A stretch of DNA of 64,000 nucleotides. Source: Octopus vulgaris. Its lineage: Eukaryota. Of the stretch, positions 52,981-64,000 are shown piece by piece; the first letter of the stretch is position 1; each line of letters starts with the position of its first letter. The DNA lies in assembly GCA_951406725.2 (NCBI GenBank), contig OX597814.1, positions 168,950,001-169,014,000 of the forward strand, read 5' to 3'. Both the position numbers and the translations under genes were made by a program. A model generated the notes under the pieces. That model had not been told where the DNA came from, ran no database searches, and saw only the letters and a program-made list of their open reading frames with translations.

Positions 52981-53614
52981 TATGTAAGTTGTTATTCGAA
53001 TATAGTTATAAATCACACTGTCATCAGGCAGCCACAATCCAGCATGAAGTAAAGTCGTTAAAAATTGCATGACAAATACTAAGATATTTGATGAGATTTT
53101 TTTTATTCCCTGATAACATATGTAGAACAGCATTACAACGGCAGACATTGTCCCACTTTAAGACAAAAGGTACTAGATCGTTAATAGCACGTTAGAATTT
53201 ACAAGTATTTAAGATAAAAAGCTTTTAGCAACTCACTAGCAGTATGTATCTGTGTAAAAATATCGTATATCCTTATCTAATGTATAATGAAGAGTTTAGG
53301 GTAAGAACCAGCGTGAGAAATAAACACACACACACATACACGCACGCACGCATGTTTGTATTTGTTGCTAATCAGCGAGGTCAATTTTAGGTTGGAAAAT
53401 CGAAATCGAGGTAGTTGGCGTGCTGTCGGTCAAAATGCTTAAGCAGTACGGCTTTACGTTCTGAGTTCAAATTCTGCCGAGGTCGACTTTGCCTTTAAAG
53501 TACCAGTCGAGCAGTGGAGGCGGGCGTCGATGTTATCGACTAGTCCTCTCCACCACCACCACTCTAAAAAAAGATTTTAGGCCTTGTGCCTACAGTAGAA
53601 AAGATTATTATTTA

Positions 53615-54130
53615 CTAGCAGTATCGCCCGGCGTTGCTCGGGTTTGTAAGGGAAATAACTATATAAGCATTTTTAGAGAGTTACTTCCCTTATAGATGCC
53701 AATTTGGGCTTTCTTAGCCATTTCTGTTTTGGTGTCTTCAAGCCATGAAATCGTTGTTCTAAAAGAACGCTGGTCTCCTTGACAACGCTTTACGACGTTA
53801 ATTTCCTTACACTCCCTTCCCCACAGCTTCACGAGGGAGGGAAGAAGGGGGAGAAGCAAACACAGGTGCAGGTGTTTGAGCGTGGACGCCAACTCCGCCG
53901 CCATCGACACACGAAAAATTATGCATTAAAATGGAATAAAAATGATGTTAAATTATTTTTAAAATCGTAGACTCATCGTAGACGCGCGCTAATACTCAGA
54001 CGGGCTCGATATGAATCACGACTATAAGATACCCGAATTTGGTTAAACTGCACCGCAAAATGTGGGAGTAGTTAGGAATCTAAATCGAAGGGGACAGACA
54101 CTCACACAACTACAGTTTTATATATATAGA
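53615..54130 (-). mobile_element. non-autonomous Helitron
   Basis: Minus strand: A|TCTATATATATAAAA 5' end, CCCGAGCAACGCCGGG hairpin, CTAG|T 3' end, no TSD. Confidence 0.88.
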
Positions 54131-55044
54131 TTTTCCGATCGCACCATCAGCTTGGATGCTAAATCGTTGTTCAAGCTTGAAAAAAAAAAAAAATTATGGC
54201 ACGAAATGACATTTGATCAATAAAGTGCTAGAAACAACAACGCTAATCTAAGAACAATGATCATGTTTTTTGTCTTTCTTTTTTTTATGACTGGAACATA
54301 ATACCGAGGTAAAATAATCGACTAAACATAATACATACGGGTAAGATAGAGATATGTTACTGATTCCTCGCTTCCCATAAACTACGAACAAAATAAAATA
54401 CAAGCCAATTTGTGTAGGTGTTTTTGTTATCTTGTTCGAGAAGCTAGCCAACTGGATCTGATTTGTAGCATGTTATTTTATTACTGTAGTTATTTTACTC
54501 GAGTTCATCTTGGCTGCTTCATACGTTTAACACCTTTCGCTTGCCAAGGTTTCTTCAAAGATCTTTTTTTTTTTTTTTTTGTACTCCCTCTGGTATGAAG
54601 GAGGGGGGGGTGAATTAACAAACGATTTAGCTACATGGAAAATGAGAGCCAAAAAAAAAAAAGCGAATCCAAAGAATCGGCCCTTGATAAGAAAGTACTC
54701 AAATCAGAACACAATGGGGAAAACAAGACTAGATAAAGCACCCTTTGTCTGACGAGTGTATCACGTGATCAAACGGGACATATTTCTTTGGCGTTTAGAC
54801 ATCGTACGTGATGTAAATTCCCATTTTTTTTTTCAAACACCTAAGTAGTTTAAACATGTGGAACAAATGCTAAGGAAAAATCTGAAAACATGTACGGACA
54901 TTTAGTACAAACTTATGAAAATGCTTTGGACAAAGCAAAGGGACTTCTACATGGTTGTTTAATCTGCTAGAAATAGGAAGCATATTTCCTTCAAATCACC
55001 CTAACTTGTTAAAAAAAAAACAGGACGCAATGGTGAAAAAAGAA

Positions 55045-55446
55045 GGATCTTTTCGGTTTTTAACATAATTTCTAGGTAACTAAAAAATTTTAAACTTCGT
55101 ATACTGGTAGAATGTATTTATAAAACATCTTTTTCTCTTGGCTTTATTGAGAAAATGCTATAGTTTGTAAGATATTTGTTGTTTTTTTTCTTCAATTTCT
55201 GCAATTTCCATCAATCACTGACGTCTATTGAGGTAAAAAAAAAACCATTCTGCGCCGCATGAATATGTCCCTCGTTTAAGAAACAAATTGGGTTTATTTA
55301 CATTTGTGTAGAAAAAGATACCCTTCCCCCCATCCTCAACCTTAAAACAGATTGAAATGCAATAGATCGATACTAGGGTCATAATTATGGGTGACAATTT
55401 CATATGACACCGCTAGAAAAAACTTCCGTTCAAACCGAAAAGATCC
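55045..55446 (-). mobile_element. MITE family G flanked by a long direct duplication
   Basis: Same TIRs and interior in reverse orientation; flanks 54895-55044 and 55447-55633 are duplicates. Confidence 0.88.
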
Positions 55447-56016
55447 CGGACGTTTAGTACCAACTTATGAAAATGCTTTGGACAAGGCAATGGGTTAAAA
55501 CATCTGAAGTAACAAAGGGACTTCTACGTGGTTGCTTAATCTGCTAGAAATAGGAAGCATATTTCCTTCAAATCACCCTAACTTGTTAAAAAAAAAACAA
55601 AAAAAAAAAACAGGAAGCAATGGTGAAAAGGAAAAAGCGACGGTCACAAGTGGAATGTTTCTGATTGCAGATCTATTAAACTGCGGCTTCCTAAACGAAC
55701 TAAAACGTTAATAAAGGAAGAGCTGTCCGTTAGCCGTCTAAAATTATCTCGGCCACCTGTGGATTTAAACAGTATTTGAATACAGGAAAAATACCCAATT
55801 AAAGAAACCCTCGAGGGTTTGAGAGAGAGATGAAAGTAGAAGTAGAGAGGTCATAGTACTTGTTTTTCAAACCTGTCCTGATCAAACAGACCTATGAGTC
55901 AGACGTAGCCAGCCATGACCATCCCATCCTATTTTTTATATTTTTTTGCAGACGGTATAACCAGAACAATTGTCTTTTTTTTATGACGGTAAAATGTGAC
56001 TAGAGGGAGATTTGGC

Positions 56017-56412
56017 GGATCTTTTCGGTTTGAACGGCAGTTTTTAACATAATTTCTAGGTAACTAAAAAATTTCAAACTTCGTATCCTGGTAGAATGTG
56101 TTTATAAAACATCTTTTTCTCTTGGCTTTATTGAAAAAATTCTATAGCTTGTAAGATATTTGTTGTTTTTTCTTCAGTTTCAACCAATCAGTGACGTCTA
56201 TTGAGCCAAAAAACATTGTGTCGTATGAATATGTCCCTCGTTTAAGAAACAGATTGGGTTTATTTACATTTATGAAGAAAAAAGATACCCTTCCCCCCAC
56301 CCCTAACCCTAAAACAGATTGAAATGCAATAGATCGATACTAGGGTCATAATTATGGGTGACAATTTCAAATGACACCGCTAGAAAAACTGCCGTTCAAA
56401 CCGAAAAGATCC
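56017..56412 (-). mobile_element. MITE family G
   Basis: Full TIRs; TSD GATTTGGC / CATTTGGC. Confidence 0.9.
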
Positions 56413-57486
56413 CATTTGGCTGCTATTTCAAGCAGATCGAACGACTACATTGAGATCCCCTCATCTCGTAGTGAGTGTTGTTCGTTGTCACTGGAAGAGA
56501 ATTAATGTATTAAGTGTATTTCCTGCCATATAATAACCGTGCTGGGTTAAAAAAAAACATTTAAATACTTTGCTTTTCATTCGTTTCCTATTACAGAGCG
56601 ATTACCCCTTTTTGTAAGACGTGTTCTATTTCATTGTTCAGTCGATACACAGATGCACTGAAAGACGGTCATATCTGTAGCAAAGCCTTTGATTACAGCT
56701 CACCTGGGGTCGACAGCAACAACCGCCGAAGTGTAATATGAGTAAGACATTGCTCTAATACATGGGTTTGAATTCACAAAAGCTATTCCATCCATGTAAC
56801 TTATTTTTTAAGTATTTAGGAAAACAAAAAAATGTCAGAATATTTTTACGTTGAGAATATAAATTTCACGAAATATAACATTATGGCAGACAACTAAAAA
56901 TTGTCTGCAATAATGTTGATAGACAGGTTATCAATACAAAAGGAAATAAAAATGTTTATCACCTTCTCTGACGTCATTCAATCATTCTAAAAAAAGAAAA
57001 AAAAAAAAACTAGACAATGTTCGTTATATTTTTGTGGTGTTTTACAGTCGAATTTTTTTCGACTTGACTCGCACTAATTTTATCGACCCCAGAGTGAAGA
57101 AAAGAAAAGCTGACCCTAGCAGAAATTGAACTGAAAACGTATGCTCTACCGATCCCGTCATCCATTACACTCGTCGTTGTTTTTAGCCCCAAGTCAGCCG
57201 AGGTCAAGCTGACCTATGTTCAGACATTCAAGCCATCCATGACCGTCGCGTTTTTACAATGTTACCTCACACTATAGTAATTAAATTACCCGTTTTTCTT
57301 TTTAGGATGGTAAATAAGCTACTATTTCAAACGAGTCGAACGACCATCACCTAAAGGCTTCCTCTTTTGACTCGCCACTACCCGCATTGTAGGTTCGGCT
57401 GCTATTTCAAGCCGATGGAACGACTACATTGAGGTTCCCTCGTCTCGTAGTGATGATAGTGAGAGTGTTGTTCGTTGTCACTGGAA

Positions 57487-57739
57487 CCTTCTCGAGTCAC
57501 GCCTAGCTCATAAGGGTCGGCTTCCCGGTTTCCTTGGCGTATAGGTTCCCCACCTGCACGGGACGCCGGTCCGTCGCAGGTAAGCTGCAAGATGCAGGAG
57601 GAAAGAGTGAGAGAAAGTTGTGGCGAAAGAGTCAGCAGAATTTCGCCATTACCTTCTGCCGTTCGCTCATAAATACACACATCGCCCGGTCTGGGATTCG
57701 AACCCGCGATCCCTCGACCGCTAGGCCATGTGCCTCCAC
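57487..57739 (-). mobile_element. tRNA-derived SINE family D
   Basis: TGGCCTAGCGG A-box, GGTTCGAATCCC B-box, CCTGCGACGGACCGGCGTCCCGT core (V-SINE-like, from memory); 9-bp TSD TCACTGGAA. Confidence 0.85.
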
Positions 57740-57932
57740 TCACTGGAAGGGAATTAATGTATTAAGTATATTTCCTGCTATATAATAGCCGTTAAACATT
57801 TTGGGAAAAGGATGTGGGTGTATCGATTAAATCAGTTGACCGGTATTGTTTTAACGACCCTGTTGATAAACAGACATAACTAAATACCGTAATGCCTTTT
57901 GTCTACTACCCCCCTCATAATGAAGCAGCAAT

Positions 57933-58523
57933 GCGGGGGCGCAAAATGAGTAATTTCAGATTTCTAGTTATTTTCTCCTAACCTGTTTGAAACTATTACG
58001 TTACTAGTATTGCATCATCACTGCACTGTTGCTTCGTCTTTGGGAGTAAAAATTAGCCAGCATAGTTGTTGAAATTGAGAGAGTTTGAAAGAAAATCAGC
58101 TGACAGGTACTTATTTTTGGTGTTTAACAATCACAATTGTTTTCTCTATTGGATTCCAAGTCGGTTTTTTTTTTATTGTTTACCACCGGGGCAAAATGAG
58201 GAATAACTAATTTCAATAATTTCATTTCTTTAACTATATGGTGCGTAAATATATCATGAAGAGAGCCAGTCCAGCAGATTGTGAAGAAGCAATAAAGAAT
58301 ATTTTATAGTTTCTTTTTTTTTTTTTTAGTTGAGTTTCGTTAATTTTATGTAATGTGCCACTTTTCAAGATTCTCTTTTTATTTGACCAAGATAATTAAA
58401 ATTTTTGTTGCATTTCTGATCTTCTTGGTGTTTGTCTAAAGATGGATATTGATGTGTACGAGTTCATTTTCAAATGAAATTCTGGCAAATTTATCTTGCT
58501 TTGTCTTATTCATTTTGCTCCGC
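57933..58523 (+). mobile_element. possible pogo/Tc5-type remnant
   Basis: GCAAAATGAG motif twice direct and a related motif once inverted; MVRKYIMKRASPADCEEAIK at 58238 resembles N-termini of HTH_psq transposases. Weak. Confidence 0.3.
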
Positions 58524-58889
58524 CTAAATTTGTGTTTAATATGCTCAAAGGGAACGGTAATAATTTCCTGGAATAGTGTTCTGAATATGCGATAGCGTTT
58601 TAAATGCATTTAGAGGGTCATATGCTTGCTTAGCTGATATAGTTTTTTTTAAAGATAGTGGACATTTGTAAAAAAAATATATTTCTCCTCAAAGTCATAT
58701 CACTCATTGTGTCTCCCCACAAGGCTACGAATTTGAAGAAAAAAATTCAGGCAATTATTTTCAATCATATAAATGGTATATAAAATATTAATGTGAATTA
58801 GGTTTTGGTTACTATGCAGTTAATACGTCGCAATAAAGTGAAAACGGCAACAGCGAAATGCTATAATTTGATAAACACAAGTTACCCCA

Positions 58890-59250
58890 GTGAAAGCATG
58901 AGAATTTCTAGAATAGCAAGTAGTGAACACCGCTGCAACGTAGTATACCCGACAACGAACACCAGTGAAAAAGCCACAGAATGAAGTTTGATATCCGATA
59001 GGTGGGGGTTCCTATGTTAATTTAGGCTATAGTTGTGAAGTTGTAAACCATTCTATAAAGTTTGTTCATCCAATGATGAGAGCATCCGCAAACAGACTAT
59101 CAAAAGGTAGTGGAAGCTCGCCAAGGAGAAAGTTGTGACAGAACGAATGATGCTTTAACATCGAATCTCACTGTGAACGTGTGACAAAATAGTTTCAAAG
59201 ACCGTGAAAAAGTTGTATAGACCTTCTATATAATCATATTCACGTTATAT
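58890..59250 (+). pseudogene. Merlin / IS1595-type DDE transposase remnant
   Basis: LISDRWG / SYVNLGYSCEVVNHSIKFVHP..RA / QTIKR*WKLAK across frameshifts matches SDxWxxY...VNHSxxFVxP...TIExxWxxxK. Confidence 0.75.
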
Positions 59251-59949
59251 AAATATAATGAATTTCTGGGATTTTATTGCTATTTGCGGTTTCTATCACA
59301 ATTTATTTTCAATTTTTTTACAACACTAAATTTGCATGCTGGCTTAGGATTAAAACAAATCATGTCACTCCATAACCGCAAACTAATAATTTCTTTTTGC
59401 TACAAGATCATACAAAACATTACTATTGATTCTGAGGGAAGATAGACCCCCGCCCCCATGTACATTGTATGTAAACAACCACACAGACTAGATAATTTGG
59501 TGCAACACTCATTGGTTTTATCTGATCGCATCACTTTCTCATTTTTAGACTATTATTTAGGTTGTAAACACACAGTATATGTACTTACGCGCGCACTCAC
59601 ACAAAAATTAACTGATCGAACAAACATAGTTTTCTGAATAGTTTCCACCTACCAAATTCCACCCACAAGGTAATGATCAATTTGTGGCTGCACCAGAAGA
59701 CAGTTGCCCAAAATCGAAACTGGAAACTTAACGCAGCTATATAATTAGAGCACTGTACGGCAATATTCGTCCGGAGAGAGTCTTTCATATTGCTTAAATA
59801 CGCTCTAAGTTTAGTGGTTTAACACTACTGGATAGACAATGTTAATTCTACGGTGAATCGTTACTGTCGAACGACTGAGACCCGGCTATACATACATATA
59901 TACGCACGCACAAGAGTCTATCAACTCGTTTTAAAAATGCACAATAATA

Positions 59950-60332
59950 GGCGCAGGAGTGGCTGTGTGGTAAGTAGCTTGCTTACCAACCACATGGTTC
60001 CGGGTTCAGTCACACTGCGTGGCACCTTGGGCAAGTGTCTTCTACTATAGCCTCGGGCCGACCAAAGCCTTGTGAGTGGATTTGGTTGACGGAAACTGAA
60101 AGAAGCCCGTCGTATATAAGTATATATATATATGTGTGTGTTTGTCCCCCTAGCAATGCTTGACAACCGATGCTGGTGTGTTTATATCCCCATTACGGCA
60201 AAAGAGACCGATAGAATAAGTACTGGGCTTACAAAGAATAAGTCCCGGGGTCGAGTTTCTCGATTAAAGGTGGTGCTCCAGCATGGCCGCAGTCAAATGA
60301 CTGAAACAAGTAAAAGAGAGAGAGTAAAGAGT
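59950..60332 (+). mobile_element. SINE family A, young
   Basis: GGCGCAGGAGTGGCTGTGTGG head through AAAGAG tail, CpGs intact. Confidence 0.92.
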
Positions 60333-60442
60333 AATACCGAATGCACACACGGATGTTGAGAAATTATCAGAAATCATCAATATATTAAAGATCGGGATTT
60401 GGATGTGAAAAAGCAATATTTAAATAATAGGGAAAATAATTT

Positions 60443-61017
60443 AAACAAGAGCACTCAGAGAGCACAAACCTCCGCCAAGGCAACACCAACGTCCTCTAAG
60501 CGATTAGCCAGAGATGATTTTTAAAATGAGAATATCTGAAATAAACTCAACTGCTCTCACAAAAGAGAATATCAAAAACTGCTCTTAAAAATTAAGTAAA
60601 AAAAAAAAAAAGAACGGAAAAATAATCCAGAATCCTTGTCCGGTACACGATCGATTCCGGTGGTTGTCATGAAATGTGAAGGTGGCTGAAGAAAATTTAG
60701 TAACAGAAATAAATAATCTATCCTTATCTAATACATGCCAAAGTTAACAAATTCACCATTCAAAATAGTCACAGCCTAAAGTCTTGAGAATGACTTGAAA
60801 GTTAACGTAAGATCGTAATCACGTAAAGTAAATACAACAAATAATCCAGAATCCTTGTCCGGTATCGGATCGATCCAATTAGTTCGTGCCAGTCGCGAGG
60901 CCAGACATTCCTGAAAGTTTCATCCAAATCCATCCAACGGTTCTTGAGATGTCTTGTCCACGGACAAACAAACAAACAAACACAACTGAAAACAATACCT
61001 CTGCATTGAGGTAAAAA
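60443..61017 (-). mobile_element. Helentron-associated (HINE/DINE-1-like) element
   Basis: Minus strand: TTTTTACCTC...GAGGTA 5' hairpin, (GTTT)n, 3' CCTTGGCGGAGGT subterminal motif, short hairpin and TT end; internal duplication of AATAATCCAGAATCCTTGTCCGGTA. Confidence 0.7.
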
Positions 61018-61234
61018 TTTGGCTTTAAGCATGCTTTTATGAGGACACTGATACGATTCCTATGTTAAACCCCATATAATTTTTACAGAACACTAAGAAG
61101 GAAGGTATTTCTATTCTGCTCTGGTAAAATGTATAATACAGTTCCTATATATATATATATATATATATATATAATGGACTCTTTTGCCAGTTTCGCATGT
61201 ACACACTCACCTAGTAATCTAGTATGTATGTTGA

Positions 61235-61560
61235 GGAGGCGCAATGACCCAGTGGTTGGGACAGCGGACTCACGGTCGTAGAATCCCAGACCGGGCGTTG
61301 TGAGTGTTTATTGAGCAAAAACATCTAAAGTTCCACGAACCTCCGGCAGGGGATGGTGGCGAACCCTGCTGTACTCTTTCACCACAACTTTCTCTTTCTT
61401 CCTGTTTCTGTTGTACCTGTATTTCAAAGAGCCAGTCTTGTCACACTGAATCTCCCCCGAGAACTACGTTAAGGGTACACGTGTCTGTGGAGTGCTCAGC
61501 TATTTGCACGTAATTTCACGAGCAGGCTGGAACCCTCGTCGTCATAACCGACGGAGTGCC
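61235..61560 (+). mobile_element. tRNA-derived SINE related to family D (same head, different 3' part)
   Basis: GAGGCGCAATGACCCAGTGG head, GAATCCCAGACCGGGCG and CCACAACTTTCTCT shared with 57487-57739; a tail fragment recurs reversed near 62200-62247. Confidence 0.7.
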
Positions 61561-61579
61561 ACGAGTATGTGTGTGTGTG

Positions 61580-61616
<37 letters not shown>

Positions 61617-62271
61617 GATGTCAATAAATAGTAGTACAAAGAGTTCAAATATGGGTATAATTTCATGTCACGACAAACCACTTTTTTATTTTGTTGTAGT
61701 ATTATCTATAAACTATAAAATGTCAGTAAAATTTTCGTCGGATGCCAACGACCGAGTCATTGAGAATTAGACATACGCACAATGAAAGTAAGGTGGGGTG
61801 GCACTTATATCTTTTAACGTGTATCTGTCTGTCCAAATATCGATCGGTCGATTTATAATAGCTATTTATGTATATGTCGATTTAATAATCGATTGAACAA
61901 ACTGACAGAAAAATAAACAGATAGACGTATATAGTTGACAAACAAGAAATAGATATGCACTACCAGAAAACAGATTAACAAGCATAAACATAAGTAAATA
62001 AAAAAAAATGTAGTTAGATAACAGCAGATAAGCGTGAGTGAACGAAAGAGGAAAAAGTGAGAGAAGTCACTGCGAGTGCTAAGTGGTCAAATGTAATCCA
62101 ATACAACTTAAGTCGTCCGTTTATCGGTGGTTAAACCTGCGCTCACACTTGGGTTACCTGGTGTGTGTGTGGGGGTAAAAAATTCTAACAGATCTAACAG
62201 GGTTCCAGCCTGCTCGTGAAATTAACGTGCAAATGGCTGAGCACTCAACGACTATATACAACAATAGCGAA

Positions 62272-62480
62272 GGCGGCGAGCTGGCAGAAACGTTAGCACG
62301 CCGGGCGAAATGCGTAGCCGTATTTCGTCTGCCGTTACGTTCTGAGTTCAAATTCCGCCGAGGTCGACTTTGCCTTTCATCCTTTCGGGGTCGATAAATA
62401 AAGTACCAGTTACGCACTGGGGTCGATGTAATCCCTTTGTCTGTCCTCTGTGTTTAGCCCCTTGTGGGTAGTAAAGAAAT
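62272..62480 (+). mobile_element. SINE family B, young
   Basis: TSD TATATACAACAATA. Confidence 0.9.
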
Positions 62481-63149
62481 ATATATACAACAATACTGTG
62501 CGGGTACACGATATCGTGAAAGAGCGCGTTGTTAAGCCGTCTTAGGCAGAACACCTTATACCTTCCTGCATCATCCTGCTAATTTGTTGGTGAGTCCAGG
62601 AAGACAAAAACCTGGGGAGTACATCCTGAGAGGCAAACAAACTGTGGCGGCCAGATTTCAGGCAAGTTTCTGACGACAGAGTGAATTCCCGGTAGCTAGA
62701 AGGAGTCACTTTTGTCATTGGATTTCTCTCCTTCGGAGCAACGATTATCAATACTGAAAAATGCACATCCTAAACTCTACAATAGATTAATTTTGCAGGT
62801 ATCTTCTTTTGTAATATGGATCGTCGGTCTTGGATTTCAGGGAAAAGAGATTGTTGTTACGACGGTCAGCGACGATGGAATGAAACTGCCACATCTTCGC
62901 TCGTTTGGGCACACGATAGGTGTAGCCTAGGAGGGAACAATCGCGAACTTCCTCTGGTCACTCGCACGCCTGCATCCTGTTATTGTTGCACTTTAAGAAG
63001 TACGAAATCATGGAAAGAAGATGGATTGCGAAGTAGAGTCAGCAAAGGATCCAGAAATGAAGGAAAGAGATAAACTATCATGGAATCAAATCAACACATA
63101 CACACACGGAGAGAAATGCAACAATTCTAATTCATATGTTTTTTTTTTT

Positions 63150-63534
63150 TTTTACTTGTTTCAGTCATTTTGACTGCGGCCATGCTGGAGCACCGCCTTT
63201 AATCGAGCAACTCGACCCCGGGACCTATTCTTTGTAAGCCCAGTACTTATTCTATCGGTCTCTTTTGCCGAACCGCTAAGTGACGGGGACATAAACACAC
63301 CAGCATCGGTTGTCAAGCAATGCTAGGGGGACAAACACAGACACACGCACATACATATATATACTTATACACGACGGGCTTCTTTCAGTTTCCGTCTACC
63401 AAATTCACTCACAAGGCTTTGGTCGGCCCGGGGCTATAGTAGAAGACACTTGCCCAAGGTGTCATGCAGTGGGACTGAACCCGGAACCGTGTGGTTGGTA
63501 AGCAAGCTACTTACCACACAGCGACTCCTGCGCC
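63150..63534 (-). mobile_element. SINE family A, young
   Basis: Full-length reverse copy. Confidence 0.92.
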
Positions 63535-63933
63535 TATGTTGATTATAAGATGCATATATATACATTACTAGATAGATAGGTACACAATTACAAACAAAAG
63601 CAAACAGAGAGAGAGAGAAACGGACATAGACAGGCAAGATGGCTGCAACAGATATCTCGTACAAAATAATTGTTATAAGAAATTAGACACAACAAATGGC
63701 AAAATCGTAAACGACGAAAGAAATGGGGAAAAAACACCTCAAAAACAAAGAATTCAAGTTTGTCCATTATCTTTTTCGATGCCAAAATACATTTATCTAC
63801 TTTCCCTTGCTACAACGCTGACTGAACGAACAGGAGAAAACAGGTGCAGGTGGATATATTTGTAAACGTAGAAGGCTAGCAATTTTCCAAGACGAGGATA
63901 CTCAATTAAACCCTGCTAGGAGAATGAAAAGCG

Positions 63934-64000
63934 ATGACAATCCCGACGACATTGAAAGTCAAAGGACATGACAATCCCGACGACATTGAAAGTCAAAGGA
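63934..64000. repeat. 34-bp perfect tandem repeat cut by the window edge
   Basis: ATGACAATCCCGACGACATTGAAAGTCAAAGGAC followed by 33 identical bases. Confidence 0.9.

Noticed and set aside
52990-53032. Minus-strand CTGATGA...GAATA next to the family P copy
   Set aside because: Closing pair mismatched, GAAA core broken, no stem I or III.

Overview
AT-rich, repeat-saturated eukaryotic DNA, most likely from an octopus (coleoid cephalopod), inferred from the tRNA-derived SINE families and microsatellite load. Nearly all ORFs in the supplied track are spurious products of SINEs and microsatellites. I can support one host coding exon: a minus-strand exon at 18898-19206 that encodes a Ser/Thr-rich N-terminus ending ...KGLSPSAK(R), the signature of class E ubiquitin-conjugating enzymes (UBE2E/UbcD2). 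I found no downstream catalytic exons in the window, so 1-18897 would be intron. The rest is a layered record of mobile DNA: several SINE families, RTE LINE remnants, two mariner families, a Merlin/IS1595-type transposase remnant, a Penelope-like GIY-YIG remnant, hAT/Tigger/piggyBac-type MITEs, a Helitron and a Helentron-associated element. The most unusual signal is a tRNA-headed SINE whose 3' part carries a Penelope-type minimal hammerhead ribozyme motif (two copies head-to-head at 22.7-23.4 kb). A second hammerhead-bearing repeat family and several long near-perfect foldbacks are also present. Everything was read by eye; boundaries of decayed elements are approximate.
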